Source: Octopus vulgaris (lineage: Eukaryota). Taken from it: a DNA stretch of 64,000 nt. Position numbers and translations under genes: made by a program. The stretch spans positions 5,580,001-5,644,000 of the forward strand of contig OX597837.1 in NCBI GenBank assembly GCA_951406725.2, in the 5' to 3' direction. The first letter of the stretch is position 1; each line of letters begins with the position of its first letter. Below, one piece after another: positions 1 to 14,610 of this stretch. The notes under the pieces are model-generated. The model was not told the DNA's origin and made no database searches. It saw only the letters and a list, made by a program, of their open reading frames with translations.

Positions 1-1
1 G

Positions 2-44
<43 letters not shown>

Positions 45-130
45 TGAGAGAGTGTGTGACTGTGAGTGTGTGCAGGTATGTATGTATGTATGCATGTTCG
101 TATGTATATCGTTGTATATCGTTGTATGTA

Positions 131-192
<62 letters not shown>

Positions 193-379
193 TATATGTA
201 TATATATACATGTATGTATATGCATGGTTAGTTAATTATAATTATCTCCCTCTATATCCATATGTGTTTCGGCATATACGTAAGTAGATATATAGGCATG
301 TGTGTCAGTGCGTTTGTATGAGCGTGTGAATGTGCGAGTAAATGCATATGTGCATGTGTATGCATATATTTATACACAC

Positions 380-421
<42 letters not shown>

Positions 422-483
422 TTCTTTCACTTTCTCTCTCTCTCTTTATGTATAAATATATATTTATATATATAGATATATAC

Positions 484-527
<44 letters not shown>

Positions 528-629
528 GTATATATGTGTGCGTGTGTGTATACTTATATATATATGCATGTATGTGTATACGTATATATGGATGTATGTG
601 CATACATATATATATATGCGTGTGTGTTC

Positions 630-693
<64 letters not shown>

Positions 694-1227
694 GTGTATG
701 CGTGTGTGATATTAGGATATGGAAGTGCACAATTGTCCTTTCACAACACTGTTCTTCATGTATCCGTTTCACCTCGGGATGTCAGCCGGTATGTACTCTC
801 TAATGAAGGAGGTGAATATGCCTTATTCAGCATCTACTTATTATTGCTACATCTTCTGTTGTTATTACTGCAGCTTTCACTAACAGCCTTTAACTATGCA
901 TTTTCGTGCATATATGCGTGTATATATGTGTATGCGTGTTTGTGTGTGTGTGTTTAAATGAGTATTTCTCTATTTCTCTGTATGTCTCGCCGCATTTATC
1001 ACCATGTACCTGTGTGCTTGTGTGTTTTCTCTGTGATTTTCTCTATGTAAGTGTGTATGTTAGTGTGTATACATCTACGTATATAAATATATTTGTATAT
1101 ATGTATCCCTCCCTCCATCGATCCATCCATCGATCCATCCATCTCCATATAAGTATATATATATAGATTGATAGATCGGTAGCTACTACACACATTTTTT
1201 CTCTCCTTGTTTTTTTTTTCTGTGTCC

Positions 1228-1317
1228 CTTTCTGTAAAAGAGCGTAGACTCGAAACGTAAAAGACTTTTTCTATTCCTGGTCGTTATACTAATACATCTG
1301 TTTGTTTTGAACATTCT

Positions 1318-1320
<3 letters not shown>
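1228..1320 (+). mobile_element. Short PLE-like/retrozyme-like fragment with degenerate minimal hammerhead (family H2), next to (TA)n
   Basis: cttt-ctgtaaa-a-gagc-gtag-actc-gaaacgt-a-aaag; homologous to 37072-37195 and 42111-42248, including downstream 'cgttatactaataca...tttgtt'; abuts (TA)n. Confidence 0.55.
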
Positions 1321-1410
<90 letters not shown>

Positions 1411-1842
1411 GATATAGTTATGTATACATACGTATACACACATATTGCTCGCTGAATGTGTTTGCCAGTTGAATACTGACTATGTTGCTGTAATACGCTA
1501 AATCAAGATCTAAACATGTCTGCCATTTCTATAAATTTGCTCTCATGTACAGATCTTGTCGAAATGAATTGTATATGAATGAAAGTATTGAGTCTTCACT
1601 ACGTTTCCTCAACGTTGTGTCGTGGAATATAAATAATTCTTCTCTCTAAGCACACACCGTACCCTGGTAAGACTACAATAGGTATTAAAATCTAACCCAG
1701 CCGTGCAAAACGGTCGAAGTACCTTTCCTAACATGGCTCGTTGATTTCTGTTAATTACTGATGTTACAAAACAGCGCGTTGCAGAACAATATCCTCAAGG
1801 TTTTAACATCCGTATTTTTCCAAGTATTTTCTGGTGTGGCTC

Positions 1843-2135
1843 TGTGACATGCCATTGATTGGTTTACGGTATCGATACCGGTTTTGATGTGGATCGACAG
1901 TGAAGTGCTTACGGTGTTCACTTCGTTATTTCTTATGGAACGTCAGTTATTGTTTAGCGGCGTTCAATCCATTGATGCTTGTGGAACGATAATAATTAAA
2001 GTTTTACGATATTCATTTCGTTGAGTCATGTGGAACGACAGTTTTAGTTTTATGGCAGTCATATCATTCTTTCTTAGCGAGTAACGACATTCGTGTATTG
2101 TTTCTCGTAGAACGACATTTCTAGGTTTACGGCAA
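1843..2135. repeat. Degenerate ~46-bp minisatellite (6-7 units)
   Basis: Motif like tgtggaacgacag..ttttacgg recurs at 1843, 1888, 1934, 1980, 2029, 2106. Confidence 0.55.
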
Positions 2136-2280
2136 GTCAAGATTCTTCTATTTAGATCTATGGTTTCTGTTGATTTGGAGCTAAGATGTTTTTTCTTACT
2201 GTCAGCCAATCAGGTGTCGTCTCTAACCCCGGCAGCATCTCATTAAATTTCTTTGGCTGTAATTTATGTGGCTTTACACT

Positions 2281-2497
2281 TTTTACTCTCTGTTACTTGT
2301 TTCAGTAATTTGACTGCGGCCATGCTGGAGCACCGCCTTTAGTCGAGCAAATCGACCCCGGGACTTATTCTTTGTAAGCCTAGAACTTATTCTATCGGAC
2401 TCTTTTGCCGAACCACTAAGTTACGGGGACGTAAACACACCAGCATCGGTTGTCAAGCGATGTTGGGGGGACAAACATAGACACACAAACACACACA

Positions 2498-2555
<58 letters not shown>

Positions 2556-2645
2556 TACGACGGGCTTCTTTTCAGTTTCCGTCTACCAAATCTACTCACA
2601 AGGCTTTGGACGGCCCGAGGCTATCGTAGAAGACACTTGCCCAAC
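2281..2645 (-). mobile_element. tRNA-derived SINE family A, 5'-truncated
   Basis: Reverse complement of the 20494-20908 / 62510-62930 sequence, including internal (TA)n and the 3' tail ggtgctccagcatggccgcagtcaa..actgaaacaag. Confidence 0.85.
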
Positions 2646-2964
2646 GTGGCGCTGTTAAATATATTAACCAAATAATTGGAAATCAAGCTGCAATGGCGCA
2701 TGCGCCCACACCTAGTCTCATTTTCGAGTCCTAGGATTTGTGTTTGCTAAATGTCGTTATTTATTTTGTTTGTATTACATTTATTTCTGTATAAGTGTTT
2801 TACTTTCTCAGTATTTATATTGCTGTTACCTATTCTGTAAACATCATTTGAATTTTTGTAATATATTCTTTCTTTAAAATGCTTCATTTAAATTCCTGAT
2901 ATCTCTTTTGCTTTGAAAATGTGTCTCTTTAACTTTACGTATTTGTTGAGATTTCAATACATTA

Positions 2965-3168
2965 CTGTTTTGCTAACTTCAACATACAAGTACACATCAA
3001 CATTTTAATAATATCTTTGAGAGGGTGGCTATCGAGGAAGAAACGGAAACAAGAAGCATGAGAGCGAAATGTCACAGAGTATAGAACTCTTATTCCAGGA
3101 ATACACTCAGAAAATAACAAGGTGCTAATTTAAATTTGTCTTTCCCTGAACAGAGCGGACATTTAAAT
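2965..3168 (+). repeat. Local direct duplication, copy 1 (partner 5706-5940)
   Basis: ctgttttgctaacttca...gggtggctatcgaggaag...cctgaacagagc.gacatttaaat is shared; this copy lacks about 30 bp present in copy 2. Confidence 0.85.
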
Positions 3169-3763
3169 TTGGGTTATTTTTCTTCAAAATTTCATGCGAA
3201 TAAAATTTTGTATTTCCATTTTGTGGGGATTAAATATTATAGTAAAATAATCATATAGAATAGAAGCGAAATCCCTTTATTTGCGATTCTTTAGGAGTAA
3301 CAACCGACCGTTTATTCTGGTTTTCATCATTTTATAGAATGCCAGTTCGTTCATTTCTGGTTTTTGCAAGGTTTTCTCTCATAATTTCTTATACTTTACT
3401 GCAATAAGTTCACGGTACACATTTCCCGTTTATTACCTTTTGACTGAACAATACGGGTATCATTTAGATTATGTTTCGTTCTTGTGTTTGATGGTGGGAA
3501 ACACAGGTAGTCTATGGCTAATAAGAACCATACACCGGCGATTGTGTTTACGTGTGTTGCGAATATGATGGATTGCAAATATTTGCAACACTTTTATTTA
3601 TGTGACAAAGGGAAAAACACTTTTATAAGTTAAACGCAGTTATGTTCCTGCATTTCATCAAAGCTTTTTACGTGTCACTTGTTGTTATACTTTCAGAAGG
3701 TTCTCCAGAATTTTCGGAGTAATATTTTCTCGCATGTTAAACGTTCCCCGGCGCATCCTCCCA

Positions 3764-3904
<141 letters not shown>

Positions 3905-4345
3905 TGAGTGAGAGAGCAGTTCATGCCATCAAAGTGACACTGGGATAAAATATACGAAGCCCAATATACCCATCATGACTACCCGTCTGATAAAGGTACA
4001 CCAGGCACATGCATCACAACCATATGTGCGCGACATGGTGATCTCATATCAAGATAAACAGCACATGACCTTGCAGGTGGGGCCCAGTTAGAAATTTCTT
4101 CAGGTTGAGTAGCCCATCCCGCTCAAACGGTCCCTGAATAAGGGTTGTTTAAGGATGTTGAAAGAACCACCCATGTTTCCAGAGGTGAACTATTCAAACC
4201 CCAAACAATCCCTCTCAACACATGGCTATGATGCTCCCCCAATACTTCTGCTCGTGATCAGAGATGCACATATCGTCAACCACTAAGGGATATGCTCATC
4301 TGGTTACAGTCAAACAACTGACAAGCAAATCTGTGGTATTGAGGC
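3905..4345 (-). mobile_element. Interspersed element flanked by (TAA)n; probable 3' UTR or non-autonomous derivative of a TAA-targeting non-LTR retrotransposon
   Basis: About 440 bp of GC-richer sequence bounded by (TTA)n on both sides, directly beside the Dong-like REL fragment; class is inferred. Confidence 0.5.
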
Positions 4346-4382
4346 ATATTATTATTATTATTGTTATTATTATTATTATTAT

Positions 4383-5304
<922 letters not shown>

Positions 5305-5705
5305 AGGTTTGCAGGCAAGCAGGCATGTCAACATACATCTCCTTGGAGGATTTGAATTTATCATGCACAACTTCATTAAAAAAATGGTACTTGTGGAATA
5401 TATTACTGAAAGTTGAATTCGGAATGGTTCACTGTCCTCTCGCACATTTACCTTGAAGTGAAAAAAATATGGTTCGCCCTTAATGTATTAATATTTTGGA
5501 GTTTGTAAACATTTCTTTACTAGTTATAAAAGATGGCTTCTTTCTCTTCACTATTGGTATCACGTTATAGCCACAATAGCGCTATCAGTGGTACTATTCC
5601 CGAAGGAAAAATATCTTCAAGAAATTAAACCAGAATTTGTTTAAAATTGACAACCAATAAAAAAAATGACAATAGCGCAAACACATTTCGAAAGAGAATA
5701 AAATT

Positions 5706-5940
5706 CTGTTTTGCTAACTTCAGCGTACACGTACACATCAAAATTTTAACTATATTTTGATAGGGTGGCTATCGAGGAAGTATCATGGAATAAGAGTTTG
5801 GCATTCGGGAGAAACGGAAACGAAAAGCATGAGAGCGATATGTCACAGAGTATAGAACTTCTTAGTCCAGGAATACACCCAGGAAAGAACAAGGTGCTAA
5901 ATTAAATTTGTCCTTCCCTGAACAGAGCAGACATTTAAAT
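5706..5940 (+). repeat. Local direct duplication, copy 2 (partner 2965-3168)
   Basis: See copy 1. Confidence 0.85.
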
Positions 5941-7124
5941 GCCCGCAAAAGTATAGGTAGAAGACCTAAGATGGTAATTTAACTTCGCTGTGTCTCAAAG
6001 CAGAACAAGCATTCACATGTCCGCAGGAGTATAATTAGAGGAAGCTCTGACCGGTTTGTTGAGCCATGTTGTTTTCATCGGCCGCTGCAAGATATACGAA
6101 TGTGTGTTCTTGTCTTGAAGGATAAAAGCGAAAAAAAGTGAGGAGTAAAATATGATTCTCCACGGATTATCCTGTAAAGCGGTTCCCGAATGCAGTGGGA
6201 CAGAATACAAGGGCCACAGTCAGGTACGTTGTAGTGATGTTCATTCATAGCTCGCCGTTACCATCGTGGTAAAGTACGATAGGTGTTGATTGCGAACGAA
6301 ACATTAAACATTTTGTGGACATGATAGATTTTGTATGGAGCTACAGTTCCGAAAAGCGACTGGAAACCACAAAGCTAAATTTTGCTCTCCGGGTTAACAT
6401 TCTACCAGGTTCGATGTAAACAACTCATCGTCCCTTCTAAAAATTACTGGCCTTGCTGCAAAATTAGGAAGAATCTTGTTATTGTTGGCGATGTTGGCGA
6501 TGGCTGTTGCAACCATTGGGTTGATAGTGGAGATAAAGAAGGTAATGGTTCCTGGTTCTGCAAGAGATGACGGAGGCGATGGCGCAGGTTACGCACAACA
6601 GCAATACAAACAGACTGTGTCGTCTCTAGTCTACTACATGTGCAAAACCACAGTATGACGTGTCGGAAATCTATTTAGCATTTAAAGAGATATTTGGTAT
6701 CATTTTAAATGTAAATAGATTTTTTTATGGCTTGGAGTGTGCATGTGTCAGCGTGTGTCTATATATACATGTATGTATAAGAGTATTATGAATGCATACC
6801 TCAGATAAATATGTGTGCGTGTGTGTGTGCGTACATGTACATATATATGTGTGTGATTGTATGTAATATAAACACATATATACATATATATACATAACAA
6901 AATATGTATATATCTATATAAATATATATAAGTACTATGTATATATATATATATGTTTTGAAAAAAATATATATATATGTTTTGAAAAAAAAAATATATA
7001 TATATGTTTCGAAAAAAAAATATATGTTTTAAAAAAAAAAATATATATATACGTGTATATAAGTATGTATAAATGTATCTATCTTTCTGTCTACCTATCT
7101 TCTTATCTATCTATCAATCAATCA

Positions 7125-7184
<60 letters not shown>

Positions 7185-7260
7185 GTCTGTCTCTTTAATT
7201 GTTTAACTACATATGTATGTTTGTGTGTGTGTGTGTGAGTGTATATATACGTATGTGTGC

Positions 7261-7329
<69 letters not shown>

Positions 7330-7930
7330 GATAGGTCAATGCCTTGGTGCGTGTTGCCTTATATGCGTTTCATGTGAGAGCGTGTTATTTGTTTATAGCA
7401 TAAAAAATGGAAACAATATATATATATATATATATAGGTATGTATGTATGTATGTATATGTAAATGTATTGAATTGAATGCAGACGTTGGGATGCGTTTT
7501 GAGTCGCTAATCAGAGATATCACGAATTCTACTTAATTTTGGCGTACAATAATTTTTTAAAACTTCTAATGGCAACAAAAAGAAAGATAAAATTGCCAGC
7601 AGATATCTATTTCATTAGTGGGACGACATCACGTGAAACCCACGCATCCAAAAGTCATTGTGAGACAATTACAGGCTAAACTTAGTAATTCACGTTTGAA
7701 AACATACTAATTAACACTAGTAACATTTGGTCCTTTCAGAGAAACGAATGCAAGTTAGATTATTCCATCTCTATTGTAATGCAATTATATTTTAAAATCA
7801 TATACTATACTCTTAAAGATCGCAAGCGTCAAATGACTGCAATTTCAGCCTCGAGTGTCAATTATATTTTCAGTCAGTTCGTTGAAATTAGTCAAGACAC
7901 ACACACACACAAATATGTGTGTGATGCGTT

Positions 7931-7997
<67 letters not shown>

Positions 7998-8204
7998 TTC
8001 GGTGATAGGATGTGTGTTTGGTTGTAAAGCAAGCTTCAAAACTAGTGCTTCGGAGTTTAGTCCTGCTACGCAATGTCTTCTAACACAGCCTGGGTTTGAC
8101 AAAAGCCGTGTGTATAGACATGTTAAATGAAAGCAGAAAGACGTCCGTCGCGAATGTACATAAATACATACATACAGTCTCACACACACACATGTATATA
8201 TTTA

Positions 8205-8467
<263 letters not shown>

Positions 8468-8579
8468 TATATATGTATATATAGTTCAATGCATATATAT
8501 ATACCCGGAACCATGTGGTTGGTAAGCAAGCTACTTGCCACACAGCCACTCTTGCAGCTATATATATATATATGTCCAA

Positions 8580-8800
8580 ATTTCAATTATAGCTTCATCT
8601 TTAAAAGACGGAATATATAACTCACCGAATATATTTAGAATTTGAAAGAAGATGCTACTGTACAAGACACCAGATGAGATATTCTCAAAATATGCAGCCA
8701 CGGCAGAAAGGGCACACAAAGTTGCAGGCTATGCATAGCTGAAAAGAACTAAATACTCAACAATCATAATAAACCTGGTAACATGCTGTACTTAAAAAAA
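8580..8800 (+). pseudogene. Penelope-like element GIY-YIG endonuclease C-terminal relic
   Basis: From 8621: LTEYI*NLKEDATVQDTR*DILKICSHGRKGTQSCRLCIAEKN*ILNNHNKPGNML; matches the PLE pattern LSKYIWxLK...W.I...C.LC..EK..I, with stops at the W codons. Confidence 0.7.
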
Positions 8801-9367
8801 ATCCTTGCCTCATTTATTCTGTCCGAATTTATTCCACACGCACCGTAATACTCGCCACCATAAAACTCAGTAAGCCATTGATTGACCAGTTATAAAACAA
8901 TAAATAGCGACATGATACAATGTTACACAATGAATATCAAAAGTTGGACGGATGCCAAAGAAATTTAATGATTAAGAACCTCATTAGCTATTAAATAATG
9001 TTACAATAATGATAGTTAATTATTCATCAGTTATTAGTTAGCGGATGCTATATTTTATTGTATTTGTTCAATATTCATATCCGTTTGTTATATTCTCATT
9101 GATGTTATTTATATGGGAAAAAGAAGCGGCGCTGGCGATACAGAGTTAGGGAGAGTGTAAGAAATGGTGAGGGATAAAGTGTAGTGGCAATGAAGTGTAT
9201 ATAAAAAATTAATCCAAGGAACTTCGTATTGGTTTTTGTATACAAGAATCAATAGCTGAACTTTAGAAATTTTTATAAGTTAATATAAGATGGAGAGGTG
9301 AAAAACAGACGTTTTGAGTCAAGTACTCCGTCGGACAAATAATGTTTATTTATCTTCTATCTTTATC

Positions 9368-9764
9368 TTTTATCTTTTACTTGTTTCAGTCATTTGACTG
9401 CGGTCATGCTGGAGCACCGCCTGTAATCGAGCAACTCGACCCCCCCAGGACTTATTCTTTTGTAAGCCCAGTACTTATTCTATCGGTCTGTTTTGCCGAA
9501 CCGCTAAGTAACGGGGACATAAACACACCACCATCGGTTGTCAAGCAATGCTAGGGGGACAAACACAGACACACAAACACACACGCGCATATATATATAT
9601 ACATATATACGACGGGCTTCTTTCAGTTTCCGTCTACCAAATCCACTCACAAGGCTTTGGTCGGCCCGAGGCTATAGTAGAAGACACTTGCCCAAGGTGC
9701 CACGCAGTGGGACTGAACCCGGAACCATGCGGTTGGTAAACAAGCTACTTGCCACACAGCCACT
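9368..9764 (-). mobile_element. SINE A, near full length
   Basis: A-box gtggctgtgtgg, B-box ggttcagtccc, CORE-like ccttgggcaagt, internal (TA)n(TG)n, 3' hairpin tail. Confidence 0.9.
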
Positions 9765-9784
9765 GCACAATTTGTAGAAACGAA

Positions 9785-10420
9785 GGCGACCAGCTAGCTG
9801 AATGGTTAGCACGCCGGGCAAAATTCTCAGCGACATCTCGTCTGTCTTTTTATTCTGAGTTCAAACTCCGCCGAGGTACATAAAACAAATATCAATTCAT
9901 TACCGGTATCGATGAAATCGACTAGCACCCGCTACCCTAACATTTTACGCCCTGTGCCTACAGTTGAAAGGATTATCTACTTAACAACGCTTGTCATAAT
10001 ATAAGGCGGCAAGCTGGCAGAATCGTTAGCATGCCGGGCGAAATGCTTTGCGGTATTTTGTCTGCCGTTACGTTCTGGGTTCAAATTCCGCCGAGGTCGA
10101 CTTTGCCTTTCATCCTTTCGGGGTCGATTAAATAAGTACCAGTTGCGTACTGGGGTCGATGTGGTCGACTTAATCCCTTTGTTTGTCCTTGTTTGTTCCC
10201 TCTGTGTTTAGCCCCTTGTGGGCAATATAGAAATAAGAAACGTTAACCCCCCGGGTGAAATTCTTAGAGGTGACAGAATCATCAGAAAGCCGGGCAAAAT
10301 ATTTAACGGCATTTCGTCCTTCTTTACGGTCTGAGTTCAAATTCCACCGGAGTCGATTCGCCGTTCATCTCTTCGGGATTGATATAATAAGAAACAATTG
10401 CGAACTGATGTCGATATAAT
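9785..10420 (+). mobile_element. SINE family B cluster (tandem monomers)
   Basis: Repeated ggcggcaagctggcagaatcgttagca.gccgggcgaaatgc...gagttcaaattccgccgaggtcgac...cctttcggggtcga units at ~9785, 10005, 10270. Confidence 0.8.
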
Positions 10421-10558
10421 ATAATTGTTTTCTATATTTTGATTTGAAATTTCATTCCACAGCCAGAAACTTTTCAGAATTCCTTCCTAGTTCCTACACT
10501 CACACCAATTGTCAGACTCTGTGCCTATAACAGAAATAACATTACATTACATCTGTAA

Positions 10559-10955
10559 TCTTTATATATAAAAGAGAAGTTGTGTGTCTGTCTCCTACGA
10601 TTTAGATTCCTAACTACTCCCACATTTTGCGGTGCAGTTTAACCAAAACCGGGTATCTTATAGTCGTGATTCATATCGAGCCCTTCTGGGTAATAGCGCG
10701 CGTCTACGATGTGCCTACGATTTAAAAAAAAATTACCATCATTTTTTTCCATTTTAATGCATTTTTTCGCTATTATATAAGGGAAGTAACTCTCTAAAAA
10801 TGTCTACGATGAGTCAACGATTAAAAAAAAAATTCCATAACTTTTTTTTTCCATTTTTAATGCATTTTTTGGCTATTTTTTGGCTATAACTCTCTAAAAA
10901 TGCTTATATAGTTATTTCCCTTACAAACCCGAGCAACGCCGGGCGATACTGCTAG
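10559..10955 (+). mobile_element. Complete non-autonomous Helitron
   Basis: 5' a|TCtttatatataaaa; subterminal hairpin cccgagcaacgccggg (10928-10943); 3' CTAG|t; inserted between A and T with no TSD; internal ~100-bp tandem duplication. Confidence 0.85.
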
Positions 10956-11613
10956 TATAATATAAAATTCATAAAATTTAGTAATTTCTAACGCATTTTA
11001 TCGTTTATATAAAATCATACATAATAAATAATTTATTATTCAAAATTTATTATTCTATTTACAGTCAGCGCTTAGAATTTTAAATCCTCATATAATATCT
11101 TTGTATAGAATTTATCTATTATTTAGATATTTTAAATGAAAGACTCTACCTAAATAAAGTTTATTTCTGCGGTTGAAGGTTTATTGAAAATGTGCAGAGA
11201 CGTGAGTTTCCATCTCGAAAATCTCTCAAGCAAAGACACTCGTCATTTACTAACCCATCGAACCGTTACATGATAGAGACGACACAACATCAAACTGGTT
11301 AACAGACACTTAAGTTGTCCATTAAACCAAACAAGCATATATGAATAACTGGACGCCAATGAGATGCCATTTCAAACATATATAGAAATATAGTGTAAAA
11401 CAAATTTGTAATCGTGTATGTATGTGAATCTCTATTCATGTATGTATGTGTGTATGTATGTATTTATGTGTGTGTATGTATGTATGTATGTAAGTATGTA
11501 TGTTTGTATGTATGTATGTATGTATGTATGTGAGGATGTACGGGAGTATGTATATATACATATGTATGTATTAGTATATATATATATATATATAAAGATA
11601 TAAATATATAAAC

Positions 11614-11665
<52 letters not shown>

Positions 11666-11794
11666 GTATGTGTGCGTGTGTGTATGTGCAAAGACGTATA
11701 TATATATATACATACATACATACATATATGACCATATATGTTTACGTACACATAGATACATAGATACAAGCATACACACACACACACACACACC

Positions 11795-11842
<48 letters not shown>

Positions 11843-12589
11843 TATGTACACTCACACATATATATATATGTACATATATATATATATATATCAGAAAGAA
11901 CACTTTGTAGTATTAATCTACGGAAGACATCTGTCCTAATGTATTTTGTTTAACACACGTCTAAAACCTATATACATACATTCAAACATATGCACACACA
12001 CACAGAGACACACACACACACACACACATACACACATACACATACACACATACGCACACGCACAAGCCCGCACACGTACATATCTATACACGCATATGGA
12101 CATGCCCACATACGTATGTATATGTGTTGTTTGTGCACTTACGTACATCCATACACATCTACCGTATATACTTACCTCACGTACCTTTATACATAGCAGC
12201 CAAATCTCTCTCAAATCGCTCCATATTATCTGTAAAGCTAGAGAAATAAACAGTAGATAATACTAGAAGATACCCTCGTGGGTGGTCACAGCTGGAAAGT
12301 CTTCATATCTAGTCGGTTGATGTTGCCCTAGAGCTAAACAATGTAAAATAATATAAAAGGAAAAAAAAAATAGCATATAATCAGGACTTGCGATGACGTT
12401 TTCTATGAGGTGTCTCGCCGTGCTAGAAACAGCAGTCAAATTCCCTATAAATGGAATATGTCTGCTTAAAAATGACAGAAAAAAGGAGACATACATACAA
12501 AAATACCCTGTTGTTGTTGTTGATCTTCTTGATGATGTTCTTTTTCGTGGTCTCCTACGATGGATACCTCTTATGTTTTTAAATGTACA

Positions 12590-12641
<52 letters not shown>

Positions 12642-12721
12642 ACCACATCTGATAGCCTGGTCGATTACGTGATCTTGTGATATATGTGTGTATGTATGTA
12701 TGTATTTATGTATGTATGTTA

Positions 12722-12835
12722 TTGTTCAGTTTTATTCCAAGATTTTTTGCCAATAGAGAAAAAGGCGGTTTCTAACCTAGATCCCAAACTCCTTCATTGG
12801 AATTCCAACATCAACAACAGGGTATTTTTGTATGC
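12722..12835 (-). mobile_element. Probable 3' UTR of a (TACA)n-associated REL retrotransposon; second copy at ~48420-48525
   Basis: gccaatagagaaa..cggtttctaacctagatcc...attggaatt.caacatcaacaacagggtatttttg occurs twice; here it is bounded by (TATG)n. Confidence 0.55.
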
Positions 12836-12945
12836 ATGTATGTATGTATGTATGTATGTATGTATGTATGTATGTATGTATGTATGTATGTATGTATGTA
12901 TGTAGGTAGGTAGGTAGGTAGGTATGTATGTATGTAGGCATTTAT

Positions 12946-13596
12946 GTCAGGTCACTTTCGAGTGCTACTGGTAACATGTAACCCAGTACAACCTGTTGCA
13001 TGGTCGGGCCGTCGGTGACTAAACCGGCAACCCCACCAAGCTTGCTTGGAGAGGAGAGTGATTATTGGACACCCTGCGGGATGAAAAAAAAACCCGTCAA
13101 AGGGCGGAGGAACACTTGAGAGTCAATGGCCATCCAGTAAATGCCTTAAGGCTGTATCATGCGCGGGGATATGGAAATAATCGGACTGAATACCCAATCG
13201 CGCGATTAAACCATTGGGAGTGAAGGACTCCTAGCCTTTGTTAAGGCATCCTTCTAGGAGAAGGTAACTCAGGTGACTGGGATAACTCCGATATAAAACC
13301 TGCGGCTCAGTGGTTACCGATGATGTTGACTTGCTCTTCTTTTCGGAATATGGTTGCTGTTGCTTAGTGATTGGGATTGACTCAGTGCACAGCCTTTCCT
13401 CAATTTAAAAAAATCTTCTTGCACAGGCATTGCACGATAACAACATCGTTCATGATTGTTGATGGTGCTGTGAGTCTTAACTGAATGGGTGGTTTCAGCC
13501 ATAAAAAGCAAATAAAAGCCACATTCGATCACACTGCACCAATAACAGTTAAGCTTCGTGCAATGGCCATACTCGATAACGAGGGGCAGCCATCAT
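12946..13596 (+). mobile_element. RTE-like non-autonomous retroelement with (ATGT)n tail
   Basis: RTE-type 5' UTR motif ggcatccttctaggagaaggtaactc...taaaacctg; second copy at 34927-35312; ends in (TATG)n. Confidence 0.65.
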
Positions 13597-13740
13597 GTAT
13601 GTATGTATGTATGTATGTATGTATGTATGTATGTATGTATGTATGTATGTATGTATGTATGTATGAATGTAGGTATGCATGTGTATGTATGTATATGTGT
13701 TGATTTCTACGTTTTGTTTTATGTATGTATTCTAGTGCAC

Positions 13741-13919
13741 AAACTTGCATTCTGGAAAGTTTCACAGATCTTTACAGTTCCACTGATGGACTGAATCTGT
13801 AGTCTTCGAATTAGCTATCTCCTTTCTGGTGTTGAGAAGCCTAATTTCTCAAGATTGGTATTTAGGCAGTGGGTTACATATCCGAAGGACCTCAAAAATA
13901 ATGGTATAAGCCTGAATTT
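13741..13919 (-). pseudogene. REL-endonuclease C-terminal relic of a second R4/NeSL-like non-LTR family
   Basis: Minus strand KFRLIPLFLRSFGYVTHCLNTNLEKLGFSTPERR*LIRRLQIQSISGTVKICETFQ resembles IPIIIGALG...LQ....GT..I; embedded in (TACA)n. Confidence 0.6.
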
Positions 13920-14118
13920 ATGTATGTATGTAGTGGCTGTGTGGTAATTAGTTTGTTTACCAACTACATGGTTCCGGGTTCAGTCCCACTGCGTGGTACC
14001 TTGGGCAAGTGTCTTCTACTATAGCCTCTGGCCGACCAAAGCCTTGTGATGTGGATTTGGTAGACGGAAAGTGAAAGAAACTCGTCATATATAAGCATAT
14101 ATGACTTCCTTTCTCTTC

Positions 14119-14537
14119 TCTGTGATTCTTGTAAATTTCAATAACAATCTGTTCCTCTACAGAATAAGATTGTCATTTTGCTTCTCACTCGGATTCCCTG
14201 AAATTTCGCACGATTGTACCCAAAATTTCTTCACATAACTTGATTAATAATTCACTATGAACTATATGGACATGCACATATTCTGTAAGTTCAAGACCTT
14301 TCATCGGATCTCCAGGAATCGAACTTATCTGTGATTCTTGTAAATTTCAATAACAATCTGTTCCTCTACACGATATGACAGTCACTTTGCTTCTTACTCG
14401 GATTCTCAGAAATTTCGCATGACTGTATCCAAAATTTCTTCACATAACTTGATTAACAATTCACTATGAGCTATATATGGACATGCACAAAATCTGTAAG
14501 TTCAAGACTTTTCATCGGATCTCCAGGAATCGAACTT
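14119..14537. repeat. Tandem duplication of a 209-bp unit
   Basis: tctgtgattcttgtaaatttcaataacaatctg...ggatctccaggaatcgaactt starts at 14119 and at 14328. Confidence 0.9.
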
Positions 14538-14610
14538 TCTTCAATGCAGTTAAACTTACACTCTCATTTGTATCTACCCCTTTTGATGTTTGGGAATCTC
14601 TGATGTTTTT

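Noticed and set aside
1843-2135. CRISPR-like repeat-spacer array
   Set aside because: Units are degenerate along their whole length, there are no cas genes, and the context is eukaryotic
12946-13040. HDV-like ribozyme at the 5' end of the RTE-like element
   Set aside because: ggtcact/ggtgact can pair, but I could not place P1.1, P2, P3 or the catalytic C by eye
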